A DNA stretch of 64,000 nt, taken from NCBI GenBank assembly GCA_965204725.1, contig OZ242005.1, positions 4,736,001 through 4,800,000 on the forward strand, read 5' to 3'. Positions within the stretch are counted from its first letter, which is position 1, and the number at the start of each line of letters is the position of its first letter. Below are positions 9,494 to 19,055 of the stretch, in pieces. A model generated the notes under the pieces. That model worked only from the letters and a program-made list of their open reading frames with translations, ran no database searches and was not told the DNA's origin. The position numbers and the translations under genes are program-made. The DNA is from Candidatus Latescibacterota bacterium (GTDB lineage Bacteria > Latescibacterota > UBA2968 > UBA8231).

Positions 9494-10059
9494 GTATCGA
9501 GTTCGATGTATCGCCGGTTTCCGGGACGCAAAAGTGCCCTCCTTGTCGAAAGCGCTGTCCCGAAAACCCCGTGGGAAAGCCCTTGCATACGCGGTCAATC
9601 GCCTGAGACGATTACATTGCGAATGCGAGGTGAGTTCCCGATTCGGCTGGACGTTTTAGCCAGCCGATGCACACAACCTGAAGAGTCGTGCGTATATTCT
9701 AAGGGTTGGGACGAACGCGCGACGCGCGGATGCTGTTCGTAGCCCTCATGTTTGGGACCTTATGGCCGCCCCCATCGGGGAGCTGGCTCCTGAGCGTACT
9801 ACACGAAGATTGACGTGCGAAGAGAATCATTCTTTGCGGCCCTCCTCTCCATGGTGATGTGCAATTTGCTTTGCACGATTTTTAACTGTCTCTTAGTTTC
9901 ACTTTTAAGGTGATATAGTGTCAAGGAAAAAATGCCTAAAATCATAAAAAAAAGAACTTTACGTCATTTTTTGAATATCTCTTAGTTAATCCGAATACTT
10001 ATAACAAAAACGCACCAAACGGTGCGCGATCCCCAACGATAACGATTAAGGAGACCATT

Positions 10060-10380
10060 ATGTATTCGATTGGCTTGGCCATGCGGCTGCGCCCCAATGC
10101 GTACGCCGAGTACAAACAGGCTCACGACGACCTGTGGCCCGAAATCGCCGAGAGCATGACCGACAACGAGGTCAGCATGGCCATCTACCGCTTGGGCGAA
10201 CATCTCGTCATCCACGCGGTCGCCCCCACGGAGGCAGACTGGCTCAAGAGCCGCCAAGTTCCCATCCTAGAAAAATGGTACGATTACATGGCTCAGTTGC
10301 TGGAGACCGACGACGAGGGGCAGATCCTCTTTGAGGAGTTACCCGAAGCCTTTGCCTTCGGGATGTTCGAGCAAGCGTAA
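10060..10380 (+). CDS. rhaM: L-rhamnose mutarotase family protein
   Basis: MRLRP..EYKQAHDDLWPEI...KWYDYMA pattern; AAGGAG RBS. Confidence 0.75.
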   Translation: MYSIGLAMRLRPNAYAEYKQAHDDLWPEIAESMTDNEVSMAIYRLGEHLVIHAVAPTEADWLKSRQVPILEKWYDYMAQLLETDDEGQILFEELPEAFAFGMFEQA

Positions 10381-10383
10381 ACG

Positions 10384-11187
10384 CTAGTTGGCTTCCACCG
10401 GGTTTTGCAGTCGGCCGATCGAGTCTATTTCTACGATTACCTCATCGCCGGCTGCGAGCCACACGGGCGGTTTGCGCGCAAAACCCACGCCCTGCGGGGT
10501 GCCGGTGAGGATGACCGTGCCCGGCAGCAGGGTCGTATCTTGGCTGAGGAATTCGATCAGTTCGGCAACCGTGAAGATCATGTCGCCGGTGGTGTGGTCC
10601 TGCATGGTCGCACCATTGAGGATCGTGCGGATTCCGAGGGCCTGCGGGTCGGAGATTTCGTCGGCGGTGACCAGCACCGGCCCCAAAGGGCAGAAGGTGT
10701 CAAAGCCCTTGCCGCGGATCCATTGGCCGCCGCCGGCATGGAGCTGCCACTTGCGGGCCGAGACATCGTTGGCGCACGTATATCCGAGCACGTAGCTGAG
10801 GGCGTCGGCCCGCGCCACGTTGCGAGCGGCTTGGCCGATCACCACCGCGAGTTCGCACTCGTAGTCAACTTCCGGGCCGCGGCGGCAGCAGGCGGGCAGC
10901 CGGATTGCGTCGCCCGGGCCGCAGACCGCGCTCGTGGGCTTGGCAAAGACGACCGGCTGCTCGGGCGGCGCGAGGCCGGATTCGGCCGCGTGTTCTCGGT
11001 AGTTTAGCCCAATGCAGAAAATGTTGGTCGGGGCGAGCGGGGCGAGCCGCCTTTTGACGGCGACCTGTTCGCCAGTCGGCACGAGTTCCGCAAAGAGATC
11101 GCCAGCGAGCACAGAGGCTTGGCCCTCCTCGGCTTCAAGGCCCCAACGGACGGCGTCGTCAACGTCTATAAAGCGAATGATGCGCAT
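10384..11187 (-). CDS. Fumarylacetoacetate hydrolase family protein
   Basis: IFCIGLNYREH, VDYECELAVVIG, NDVSAR, GKGFDTFCPLGP, ILTGTPQGVG; start follows AAGGAG. Confidence 0.92.
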   Translation of the reverse strand: MRIIRFIDVDDAVRWGLEAEEGQASVLAGDLFAELVPTGEQVAVKRRLAPLAPTNIFCIGLNYREHAAESGLAPPEQPVVFAKPTSAVCGPGDAIRLPACCRRGPEVDYECELAVVIGQAARNVARADALSYVLGYTCANDVSARKWQLHAGGGQWIRGKGFDTFCPLGPVLVTADEISDPQALGIRTILNGATMQDHTTGDMIFTVAELIEFLSQDTTLLPGTVILTGTPQGVGFARKPPVWLAAGDEVIVEIDSIGRLQNPVEAN

Positions 11188-11220
11188 GTCTTTCTCCTTT
11201 GTTTTCCAGCACTTGGACAA

Positions 11221-11284
11221 ACTTTAAGGCAAGGCTGATAGCCCGTCAAATAGCCTTGACGCTTGGAATGGGGCCGCCTATTTT
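11221..11284. promoter_or_regulatory. Back-to-back divergent sigma-70-like promoters (FAH gene and BMC operon)
   Basis: Plus strand TTGACG(11256)-N17-TATTTT; minus strand TTGACG(11249)-N17-TAAAGT. Confidence 0.5.
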
Positions 11285-11322
11285 CCCCATGCTAATAGCA
11301 AACCCAACCCGAGGAAAAGAGC

Positions 11323-12735
11323 GTGCCCCCAAACGTCAGCGAAGAACACGTCCGCAAAATAGTCGAAGAAGTGGTGCAGCGAGTCGTCAGCGGCCAGGAC
11401 GGCCGCGAGGGTGGGGACACCGGCGTCTTCGCGACGATCGACTCGGCAGTCCAAGGCGCGACCCGCGCCCAGCAGCAGTTGGTTGCCTTGTCGCTAGAGC
11501 AACGCAAAAAGATCGTCGAGGCCCTCCGGCATACAGCCCACGCCCACGCCGAGGAGTTTTCGCGACGCGCCCTAGCCGAGACGGGAATGGGGCGGCTCGA
11601 AGACAAAATCGTCAAGCACCAAGTCGCGGCCGACACAACGCCCGGCGTCGAGGACCTAGAGGCGGCTTCGTGGACCGGCGACCACGGGCTGACCGTAGTC
11701 GAAATGGCACCCTACGGGGTCATCGGCGCCGTCACCCCATCGACGCATCCCGTGCCGACGATGGTCAACAATGCCATTTGCATTGTCGCCGCGGGCAATT
11801 CGGTCGTCTTCAACGTCCATCCGGCGGGCAAAGAGGTCTCCATGTTTGCGGTGGGCTTGATCAATCAAGCCATCGTCGCGGCTGGAGGCCCGGCCAACTT
11901 GGTGACCGCGGTCCAAACGCCCACCCTTGAGACAGCCAACGAATTGTTCAACCACCCGGGGGTCCGCCTCCTGCTGGTCACCGGCGGCCCGGGGGTGGCC
12001 AAGGCCGCGCTGGGCAGCCCAAAAAAGGCCATCATCGCCGGCCCGGGCAACCCGCCCGTGGTCGTCGATGAAACGGCCGATTTGGCCAAGGCCGCACGCG
12101 ACATCATCGACGGGGGAGGCTTCGACAACAACATTCTCTGCATCGGCGAGAAGCAGGTCTTTGCCGTCGCTGCAATTGCCGACGAGCTCAAGCGGCTGAT
12201 GGTCCAGTACAATGCCTACGAGCTCGATGCGCGGCAGGTCGAGGCCCTCGCGCAGGCGGCCTTTGTCCAAGGGCCAGACGGGCAGCTCGCCGCCAACCGC
12301 GAGTTGGTGGGGCGCGACGCGGCCGTGCTGGCCGACCGCATCGGCCTCCGGCTCGATTCGTCGCTGCGCCTACTCATTGGCGAGACCGACGCCAATCACG
12401 TTTTCGTGCGCGAGGAGCAGATGATGCCCTTTCTGCCGATCGTGCGGGTCCCCAACATCGATCAAGCCATCCGCGAGGCCGTCATCTCCGAGCACGGCTA
12501 CGGGCACACGGCCGTGATCCATTCGCGCAACATCGAAAACATGCACAACATGGCCCGCGCCGTAGATACCACTATTTTCGTCAAGAATGGGCCTTCCTAC
12601 GCCGGGGTTGGCTTGGGCGGCGAGGGCTTTGGGACGTACTCCATCGCCGGGCCGACGGGCGAGGGCCTGACTTCGCCGCGCACCTTTACCCGCCAGCGCC
12701 GCTGCGCCCTCGTAGATTACTTCCGCATTACCTGA
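11323..12735 (+). CDS. CoA-acylating aldehyde dehydrogenase (EutE/PduP-like) with N-terminal encapsulation peptide
   Basis: PYGVIGAVTPSTHP, VTGGPGV, AGPGNPP, FDNNILCIGEK, TGEGLTS; amphipathic N-terminal helix SEEHVRKIVEEVVQRV. Confidence 0.93.
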   Translation: MPPNVSEEHVRKIVEEVVQRVVSGQDGREGGDTGVFATIDSAVQGATRAQQQLVALSLEQRKKIVEALRHTAHAHAEEFSRRALAETGMGRLEDKIVKHQVAADTTPGVEDLEAASWTGDHGLTVVEMAPYGVIGAVTPSTHPVPTMVNNAICIVAAGNSVVFNVHPAGKEVSMFAVGLINQAIVAAGGPANLVTAVQTPTLETANELFNHPGVRLLLVTGGPGVAKAALGSPKKAIIAGPGNPPVVVDETADLAKAARDIIDGGGFDNNILCIGEKQVFAVAAIADELKRLMVQYNAYELDARQVEALAQAAFVQGPDGQLAANRELVGRDAAVLADRIGLRLDSSLRLLIGETDANHVFVREEQMMPFLPIVRVPNIDQAIREAVISEHGYGHTAVIHSRNIENMHNMARAVDTTIFVKNGPSYAGVGLGGEGFGTYSIAGPTGEGLTSPRTFTRQRRCALVDYFRIT

Positions 12736-13049
12736 TGCTCTTGGGCCAAGTCAAAGGGCACTTGGTTTCCACGGCCAAGGTCCCCAGCCTCAACGGCAAG
12801 AAGCTCTTAGTCGTCGAAATTGCGTCGGTGCGCGAGCACGGTCTGGTGCTGACGGGGCGGGATATGGTCTGCATCGACGCGGTACAAGCGGGCGAGGGCG
12901 AGTTGGTAATTTTAGTGCAGGGCAGCTCGTCGCGGGTCGCCCCGGACTTGGGTGATGTGCCAACCGACGCGGTCATCGTCGGCATCGTCGATTCGCTACA
13001 GGCCATGGGCCAGGACTTCGACTGTCGGGACCTGAGTCGCGAAGGGTAA
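12735..13049 (+). CDS. BMC pentamer (EutN/CcmL family, BMC-P)
   Basis: GQVKGHLVSTAK...DAVQAGEGELVILVQGSSSR...DAVIVGIVD. Confidence 0.95.
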   Translation: MLLGQVKGHLVSTAKVPSLNGKKLLVVEIASVREHGLVLTGRDMVCIDAVQAGEGELVILVQGSSSRVAPDLGDVPTDAVIVGIVDSLQAMGQDFDCRDLSREG

Positions 13050-13052
13050 GCG

Positions 13053-13733
13053 ATGGACATTGCACCAGCGGCCGGATTGGACCGCAAGCAGATTGAGGCG
13101 TTGGTGCGCCGGGCGGTGTACGATCGCCTGCCCGACGCTCAGCTAGCGCAGGCACCTCCAGCCCCGAGGCTGGTCGTCAACATGTCCGCCCGCCACGTCC
13201 ACCTCAATCAAAAAGCCCTAAACGCGCTCTTCGGCGCGGGTGCCGAGTTGACCGTCCAGAAGGCCCTGTACCAAGAGGGTGCTTTTGCCGCCGAGCAGAC
13301 GGTATCGGTTTTCGGCCCGCGCAAGCAGGTGATTCCCAACGTCCGCATCCTCGGCCCCTTGCGCGATTACAACCAAGTGGAACTGGCTTTTACGGATGCT
13401 CGCTTTTTGGGCATTGACGCGCCAGTGCGGCTCAGCGGCCACATCGACGGGACGCCCGGCTGCTACTTGGTCGGGCCGGCCGGGGGGCTGACGCTCGAAC
13501 GCGGCGTGATTCGGGCCGCCCGCCACGTCCATCTAAACCCGGCCGAGGCCGCGTACTACGAGGTCGGCCCGGGGGACTTGCTGCGGCTGGTCGTAGAAAG
13601 CGAGCAGGGCGGAGTGCTCGAAGGGTTGATCTGCCGAGTCAGCGACCACGAGCACTTGGAGGTCCACATCGACACGGACGAGGGCAATGCGATTGATTTG
13701 ATGCACGCCCGCAAGGTATATTTGGAGCGTTGA
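13053..13733 (+). CDS. pduL: PduL-type phosphotransacylase with N-terminal encapsulation peptide
   Basis: SARHVHL, VRILGPLR, ARHVHL, HIDTDEGNA; N-terminal helix DRKQIEALVRRAVYDRL. Confidence 0.93.
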   Translation: MDIAPAAGLDRKQIEALVRRAVYDRLPDAQLAQAPPAPRLVVNMSARHVHLNQKALNALFGAGAELTVQKALYQEGAFAAEQTVSVFGPRKQVIPNVRILGPLRDYNQVELAFTDARFLGIDAPVRLSGHIDGTPGCYLVGPAGGLTLERGVIRAARHVHLNPAEAAYYEVGPGDLLRLVVESEQGGVLEGLICRVSDHEHLEVHIDTDEGNAIDLMHARKVYLER

Positions 13734-13770
13734 ACGCAAAAATCCGCACAATTACTTCAGGAGGTAAGGG

Positions 13771-14334
13771 ATGTCGGATGCAATAGGCATGGTAGAAACC
13801 GTGGGGCTGGTCGGGGTCGTCGAGGCCGGCGACGCCATGGCCAAGGCCGCCAGCGTCCAGCTTTTGGGCTGGGATAGAGTCGGCTCTGGTTTGGTGACAG
13901 TGTTTTGCGCAGGCGATGTGGCCGCCGTCAAGTCGGCCGTAGATGCCGGTTCAACCGCTGCGGCCAAGGTCGGGGAGGTGCATTCAGTACACGTGATTCC
14001 CCGTCCCCACAGCGAGTTGACGGCCGTCGTGCCCGAGCGCGGCGACAGCAGCGACGGCGATGGCCCTATCCGCGCCTTGGGCCTCATTGAGACGAAGGGC
14101 ACCATCGGCGTGGTCGAAGCAGCCGACGCCATGAGCAAGGCCGCCGATGTGGAGATCGTCAAGCTCCAAGACATCGGCGGCGGGTACATCACCGTCATCG
14201 TCAGCGGCGACGTCGGCTCGGTGCAGGCGTCGGTCAGCGCCGGTGCTGAATCGGCCGAGCGCGTGGGCGAGCTCGTATCGCAGCACGTGATTCCTCGCCC
14301 CCACGACGATCTCGTCGCGCTATACTTGGAATAG
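13771..14334 (+). CDS. BMC shell protein with two tandem BMC domains
   Basis: Two repeats of A(I/L)G(M/L)(V/I)ET...DAMxKAA...GDV...HVIPRPH. Confidence 0.93.
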   Translation: MSDAIGMVETVGLVGVVEAGDAMAKAASVQLLGWDRVGSGLVTVFCAGDVAAVKSAVDAGSTAAAKVGEVHSVHVIPRPHSELTAVVPERGDSSDGDGPIRALGLIETKGTIGVVEAADAMSKAADVEIVKLQDIGGGYITVIVSGDVGSVQASVSAGAESAERVGELVSQHVIPRPHDDLVALYLE

Positions 14335-14345
14335 AGGAGAGAACA

Positions 14346-14609
14346 ATGAAAGCATTGGGTATGGTCGAGACCCGCGGTTTGGTTTGCGTCGTCGAAGCCC
14401 TCGACGCCATGTTGAAGACCGCCGACGTCAGCTATGCGGGCCAGAAGCGCGTGGGCAGCGGCCTAATCACCGTACTGGTCGAAGGCGACGTGGCGGCCGT
14501 CAAAGCGGCCGTGGATGCGGGAGCGCAAGCCGCCCAGCGCATCGGCGAGTTGCGCAGCGTCCACGTGATTCCCCGCCCGACTGAAGGACTGACCGATCAC
14601 CTCGGTTAG
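14346..14609 (+). CDS. BMC-H hexameric shell protein
   Basis: ALGMVETRG...DAMLKTA...[10 protein letters not shown]...HVIPRP. Confidence 0.95.
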   Translation: MKALGMVETRGLVCVVEALDAMLKTADVSYAGQKRVGSGLITVLVEGDVAAVKAAVDAGAQAAQRIGELRSVHVIPRPTEGLTDHLG

Positions 14610-14625
14610 CTAGGGGATCGAGGCT

Positions 14626-15042
14626 TTGCACATCGACGTTCCGGTCGTCACCGGCGACTTACTCGGGCGCGAACACAAGGGCGAGCGGGTACTCAGCGTA
14701 TCCCCCAGCGCCATCCTGACGCCAACGGCTTGGGATTACATCCGCCAGCACCGGTTGCAGGTGCAGCGCGGCGAGCCGGTCGCGGACGCGGGTCGGTGCG
14801 AGCAGCCCGACCGCCCCTGCGGCTGCGAGCACGAGGAGTTTGGTTCGGGGTTCGTCGAGCCGGAACGTTGCGGTGATTGCGCGGTCCACCAGCGCAAGAA
14901 GGCGGGCGATCCCGAGGCGAGTTGCGCTGGCTGCAATCGCTACAAGACGCTTTTGCAACAAATCGACAAGGGCCAAGCCACCGCCCCAGAAGCCTTAGTC
15001 GAGCAGATCACCGAGCTAGTCATTCACCGGCTGGCAGACTAA
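14626..15042 (+). CDS. Cys-rich BMC accessory protein with C-terminal encapsulation-peptide-like helix
   Basis: Seven Cys (C-x6-CxC, CxxC, CxxC); N-terminal AILTPTAWDYIR module; C-terminal PEALVEQITELVIHRL. Confidence 0.7.
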   Translation: MHIDVPVVTGDLLGREHKGERVLSVSPSAILTPTAWDYIRQHRLQVQRGEPVADAGRCEQPDRPCGCEHEEFGSGFVEPERCGDCAVHQRKKAGDPEASCAGCNRYKTLLQQIDKGQATAPEALVEQITELVIHRLAD

Positions 15043-15045
15043 GCT

Positions 15046-15630
15046 ATGGCGGACGCCCCGGCAGTCGGCATGATCGAGGTGGAGGGCGTGGCCGCGGCCA
15101 TTATGGGCGCAGATGCGGCCTGCAAGGCGGCGGACGTGAAGCTCGCCGGTTGGGCGTCAATCGGCGGTTACACCACGGCCTTTTTCACCGGATCAATTAG
15201 CGATGTGGCCGCCGCGCTGCACAGCGGTGAAGAAGCCGCCCGAGCAATAATAGAACACGTGGTAGCCGTGCCCCTCCACCAACCCGCCGCTCCCTGCCAC
15301 CATTTTGTCGATTTTCCGGCCGAAGCCCAAGGCGACTTCCCGGCTGGGGCCTTGGGGTTGGTCGAAACGCGCGGCTACGGGGTCCACATCCACATCAACG
15401 ATCAGATGGTCAAGACAGCGGCCGTCGAGGTAATCAACGTGCTGACGGTCCACGACCGCGTGGTGTGTTCGCTGATATTGGGAGACATCGGGGCTGTCAC
15501 CGAAGCCATCGCCGTCGCGCAAAAGCTGCTCGCCGGCTGCGAGCACTTGCTGGGCACGGCCCTGATCCCGCAGCCGCGGCCAGAGGTCTTAGCCGTTTAT
15601 GCCGCGCCGATGGGAGCGGGCGGTGGCTAG
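15046..15630 (+). CDS. BMC shell protein with two divergent tandem BMC domains
   Basis: AVGMIEVEG...DAACKAA and ALGLVETRG...DQMVKTA...GDIGAV...LIPQP. Confidence 0.88.
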   Translation: MADAPAVGMIEVEGVAAAIMGADAACKAADVKLAGWASIGGYTTAFFTGSISDVAAALHSGEEAARAIIEHVVAVPLHQPAAPCHHFVDFPAEAQGDFPAGALGLVETRGYGVHIHINDQMVKTAAVEVINVLTVHDRVVCSLILGDIGAVTEAIAVAQKLLAGCEHLLGTALIPQPRPEVLAVYAAPMGAGGG

Positions 15631-16771
15631 CGGGGCAATCGGCGTGCTGGAGACGCGCGGCATGGCGTCGCTCATGGCTTCCACCGACGCCATGCTCAAG
15701 GCCGCGGACGTCCAACTCTGCGGTCGGCACGGCATTGGTTCGGGTTGGCTCACCGCCGTAATCGCCGGTCGAGTGGCGGATGTAGAGGCGGCCCTTGGCG
15801 TCGGCGAGGTCGAGGCAAACCGCACGGGCGAGCTGATCGGTGCCCAAGTGGTGCCGCGGCCGGAGGCAGGCGTCATGGACGCCATGCCCCACGCAACGGG
15901 CCTCGGCGCCGAACAGGTCCAGCCGCGGGCGATTGGCTTATTGGAAACGCAGGGCCTGACGCCGCTAGTGGCTGGTGCCGACGCCATGCTCAAGGCCGCC
16001 CAAGTGGAGCTGGGAGGTTGGGCCTTCATCGGCGGTGCTCTGTGCCACGCGCCGGTCTTTGGCGATGTGGCGGCCGTGCAAGCGGCACTAGCAGCCGGCC
16101 GCCAAGCAGCCGAGCGGATTGGCTCGGTGTACGCGACCCTCGTTTTACCCCAGCCCAGCGCGGGGCTAGGTCCTCTGGTGCCGACCGCGCCAGTGACCGA
16201 GCCGTGCTCCACCGGTGCCTTGGGCCTCATAGAGACCATTGGGTACGCCGTGGTCGTGGGCAGTGCCGACGCCATGCTCAAAGCCGCGGATGTCCAAATC
16301 GAGTGCTTGAGCATCGGCAGCGGTGGGCGGATTGCCGCGCTGGCCACCGGCCAGCTCGATGACGTGCAGGCCGCCGTGCGCGCCGGTGCCGAGGCCGCCA
16401 CAGCCTTGGGGCAGCTCGATGCCTCGGCCGTAGTCTCTGGGCCTGATCCCATGCTAGTCGCCCGCTTTGCCGCCGCGGCCGAAGGGCTTGAGCCGGGAGC
16501 GCGGCAGGCCATGGGGCTGATTGAGACGCGCAGCACCGTGGCCTTGGTGCGGGCTGTAGATCGGATGCTCAAGGCCGCGGCCATCGAATACGAGGGGGCC
16601 TATAAAGTGGGATACTACTTGACGGCCGCCGTCGTCCGCGGCGATGTCGGTGCCGTGCAAGTCGCCATAGAGGCCGGCCGGCAGGAGGCCGTCGCCCACG
16701 GAGAATTGGTCTCGGCCTACGCCATTCCGCAGCTCTACAGCGGTCTCGAAGGCCGCCTGCCGCACGTTTAG
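15623..16771 (+). CDS. BMC shell protein with four tandem BMC domains
   Basis: Four repeats beginning AIGVLETRG, AIGLLETQG, ALGLIETIG and AMGLIETRS, each with D(A/R)MLKAA. GTG start 15623 follows GGAG and overlaps the upstream TAG. Confidence 0.9.
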   Translation: MASGAIGVLETRGMASLMASTDAMLKAADVQLCGRHGIGSGWLTAVIAGRVADVEAALGVGEVEANRTGELIGAQVVPRPEAGVMDAMPHATGLGAEQVQPRAIGLLETQGLTPLVAGADAMLKAAQVELGGWAFIGGALCHAPVFGDVAAVQAALAAGRQAAERIGSVYATLVLPQPSAGLGPLVPTAPVTEPCSTGALGLIETIGYAVVVGSADAMLKAADVQIECLSIGSGGRIAALATGQLDDVQAAVRAGAEAATALGQLDASAVVSGPDPMLVARFAAAAEGLEPGARQAMGLIETRSTVALVRAVDRMLKAAAIEYEGAYKVGYYLTAAVVRGDVGAVQVAIEAGRQEAVAHGELVSAYAIPQLYSGLEGRLPHV

Positions 16772-16784
16772 CGAGGACGCGAAA

Positions 16785-17948
16785 ATGATTCGGATTGACG
16801 ACGCAGTGATTACCGCTCAGACCTTGGAGACCCGCCTAGCGGGCGAACGGCAGGTCGAGATCGGCCCCGGGGCTAAGCTGACGCCCTCGGCGCAGGATTT
16901 TTTGCGCGTCCAAGGCGTTGAGCTCGTCCGCCGCGAAGCCGGCCACCAAGCCCCGCCAACGCCAGCACCAGCGGTTCCTCGCGCGGCCGGCCGCAAGGCA
17001 TTTGCTGGCATCTTCTGTCCCAATGTCGTCCTTTTCGACAGCCAGAACGCGATCAACCACGCCGAGATGGAGCGCTACATCAACTGGTTGATTGAGGTTG
17101 GGATCCACGGGCTGTATCCCAACGGCAGCACGGGCGAATTCGCACGCCTGTCGCGCGAGGAACGCCAAGACGTGGTGCGCTTGGTCTGCGAGGTCAACAA
17201 GGGGCGTGTCCCGGTGCTGGCCGGCGCCAGCGAGGCCAACGTGCGCGACGTGCTCGAGATGGCCGAATACTACGCCGCGCTCGGCGTGGATGCCATTGCG
17301 GTGATGCCCCCCTATTACTACGAAATTTCCACCGAAAGCCTCTTCGAGTACTTCGCCGAAATTGCCGAAGAATCGCCGCTGGACATCCTGCTGTACAACA
17401 TCCCGCAATTTACCCAAGAGCTGTCGCTAAACTTGATGGAGCGGCTCTTGCCCTACGAGCGGATCTTCGGCACCAAGGACTCCAGCCGCGACCTGCCGCG
17501 GCTGCTCAACACCATGCACCGCCTGCGCCAACAACGATCCGACTACGTGGTAATGACCGGTTGCGAGGAGATCGTATTTCCCTCGGTGATGATGGGGGCC
17601 AGCGGGGGCACCATCGCCACTTCGGGCATCGTCCCGGAAGTCATCGTCGAGCTTTATGAAAAGGCTGTAAGCGGCGACATTGAGCGGGCCCGCGAGCTGC
17701 AATACCGCATCCTCGACCTAATTAACCTCATGCTCTTAGGCGTCAACTTCCCAGAGGGCTTCAAGACCGGGGTGGCGGCCCGCGGCTTCGACGTAGGCCC
17801 CGCACGCACATCGAGCAGCGCGGCCGAGCAGGAGTACCTGCTCAAACTGGAGGCCCAAATCAACTGTGTCCTCGCGGATATGGGCTATCCCGTCCACGGC
17901 CCCCGCGCCTGCCCGACCACCAACCTGCCGTCGATCGTCGGGCGCTAG
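16785..17948 (+). CDS. DapA/NAL-family class I aldolase/lyase with N- and C-terminal extensions
   Basis: NGSTGEF, LYNIPQ, GTKDSS (Schiff-base Lys); extra N-terminal module AKLTPSAQDFLR followed by a Pro-rich linker. Confidence 0.88.
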   Translation: MIRIDDAVITAQTLETRLAGERQVEIGPGAKLTPSAQDFLRVQGVELVRREAGHQAPPTPAPAVPRAAGRKAFAGIFCPNVVLFDSQNAINHAEMERYINWLIEVGIHGLYPNGSTGEFARLSREERQDVVRLVCEVNKGRVPVLAGASEANVRDVLEMAEYYAALGVDAIAVMPPYYYEISTESLFEYFAEIAEESPLDILLYNIPQFTQELSLNLMERLLPYERIFGTKDSSRDLPRLLNTMHRLRQQRSDYVVMTGCEEIVFPSVMMGASGGTIATSGIVPEVIVELYEKAVSGDIERARELQYRILDLINLMLLGVNFPEGFKTGVAARGFDVGPARTSSSAAEQEYLLKLEAQINCVLADMGYPVHGPRACPTTNLPSIVGR

Positions 17949-19022
17949 ATGGCCCTCACCGGCGCGTGTGTGTTGGTCGTCGGGGCCGGTATCATCGGCC
18001 GCTCAACAGCCTATTTCCTCGCGCAACAAAACGCGCAGGTCACCCTGCTCGACGAGGGAATCGCCGCTGGCTCGCCCACGAGCCGGGCCTCTTTGGGCGT
18101 CCTTACCCACTGCAACGGCGGCGACAATCCCTACGCCCAGCTTTTGCGCGACGGCCATGCCCTACACGCCCGGCTGGCCCGCGACCTCAACGAAGACCTA
18201 GGAGCAGACGTGGGCTGGCGTCCCCTCGGCGGCATCGAGCTTTTTGCCGACCCATCCCAGCTAGAAGCGGTGTGGCACTTCAACCGCGCCCGCGGCTGTC
18301 GGGTCGAGCGGCTCGACGCCCGGGCCTTGTGCGCTGCGGAGCCGGCGTTGGATGGCGACGAGGGCCTGTATTTTGCCGACGATCACCGGGTGGACCCCCT
18401 CAAACTGGGCGCAGTGCTTTGGGCGGCTGCCGCCCAGCGGGATGCGTCCGCCGCTTGGGGCGAGCGCGTCTGGCGCGTGGCCCAAGCGGGCGAAACCGTT
18501 GAGGTCGCGACCACTCGCGGAACGCATCGCGCCGATTTTGCGGTCTTGGCCGCTGGGGCGTGGACCAGCGGCTTGGCCGCCCAACTCGGAGCCCGAGTCG
18601 CGCTGCGCCCAGTGCGGGGCCAACAAGCGCGTTTTACTGGCGCCCCGCTGCGCCACCTCGTGCGGGTCAACGGACGCCACCTCATTCCAGACGGCGGCGA
18701 AACGGTCGTGGGCTCGACGGTGGAGGAGGTCGGCTTTCGGTTGGAAACGACCCGCGCGGCCGCAGGGCAGTTCGCCGCAGAGGTACGCTCTGCGCTGGGG
18801 CGGCCCTTGCCCTTGTCGCGCCAGCAAGCCGGCCTGCGGCCCAAGCCCCGGGGCGGGCGGCCGCTCATCGGCCCGCTGACGGATGCGCCGCGGGTTTTTG
18901 TCGCGGCTGGGCACTACAAAAACGGCGTCTTGCTAGGCCCGATTACGGGCCAAATCGTCGCTCGCTGGATCGCCGCGGGAACCCCGGGGCGCGACATGCG
19001 CCGCTTCGCACCCGAGCGTTGA
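17949..19022 (+). CDS. FAD-dependent D-amino-acid/glycine oxidase family protein (ThiO-like)
   Basis: VVGAGIIG, RPVRGQ, AGLRP, GHYKNGVLLGP. Confidence 0.88.
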   Translation: MALTGACVLVVGAGIIGRSTAYFLAQQNAQVTLLDEGIAAGSPTSRASLGVLTHCNGGDNPYAQLLRDGHALHARLARDLNEDLGADVGWRPLGGIELFADPSQLEAVWHFNRARGCRVERLDARALCAAEPALDGDEGLYFADDHRVDPLKLGAVLWAAAAQRDASAAWGERVWRVAQAGETVEVATTRGTHRADFAVLAAGAWTSGLAAQLGARVALRPVRGQQARFTGAPLRHLVRVNGRHLIPDGGETVVGSTVEEVGFRLETTRAAAGQFAAEVRSALGRPLPLSRQQAGLRPKPRGGRPLIGPLTDAPRVFVAAGHYKNGVLLGPITGQIVARWIAAGTPGRDMRRFAPER

Positions 19023-19055
19023 ATTTATCACCACCTAACACCATTGAGGTTAAAC

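Noticed and set aside
9515-9600. GGGACGCAAA as a c-di-GMP-I riboswitch
   Set aside because: The upstream GGCAAA/GAAA stem and downstream motifs are absent, and it faces away from the nearby gene.
16785-19022. Calling these genes dapA (lysine synthesis) and thiO (thiamine synthesis)
   Set aside because: Only family-level motifs are present; the BMC context and absence of dap/thi neighbours argue against these specific names.
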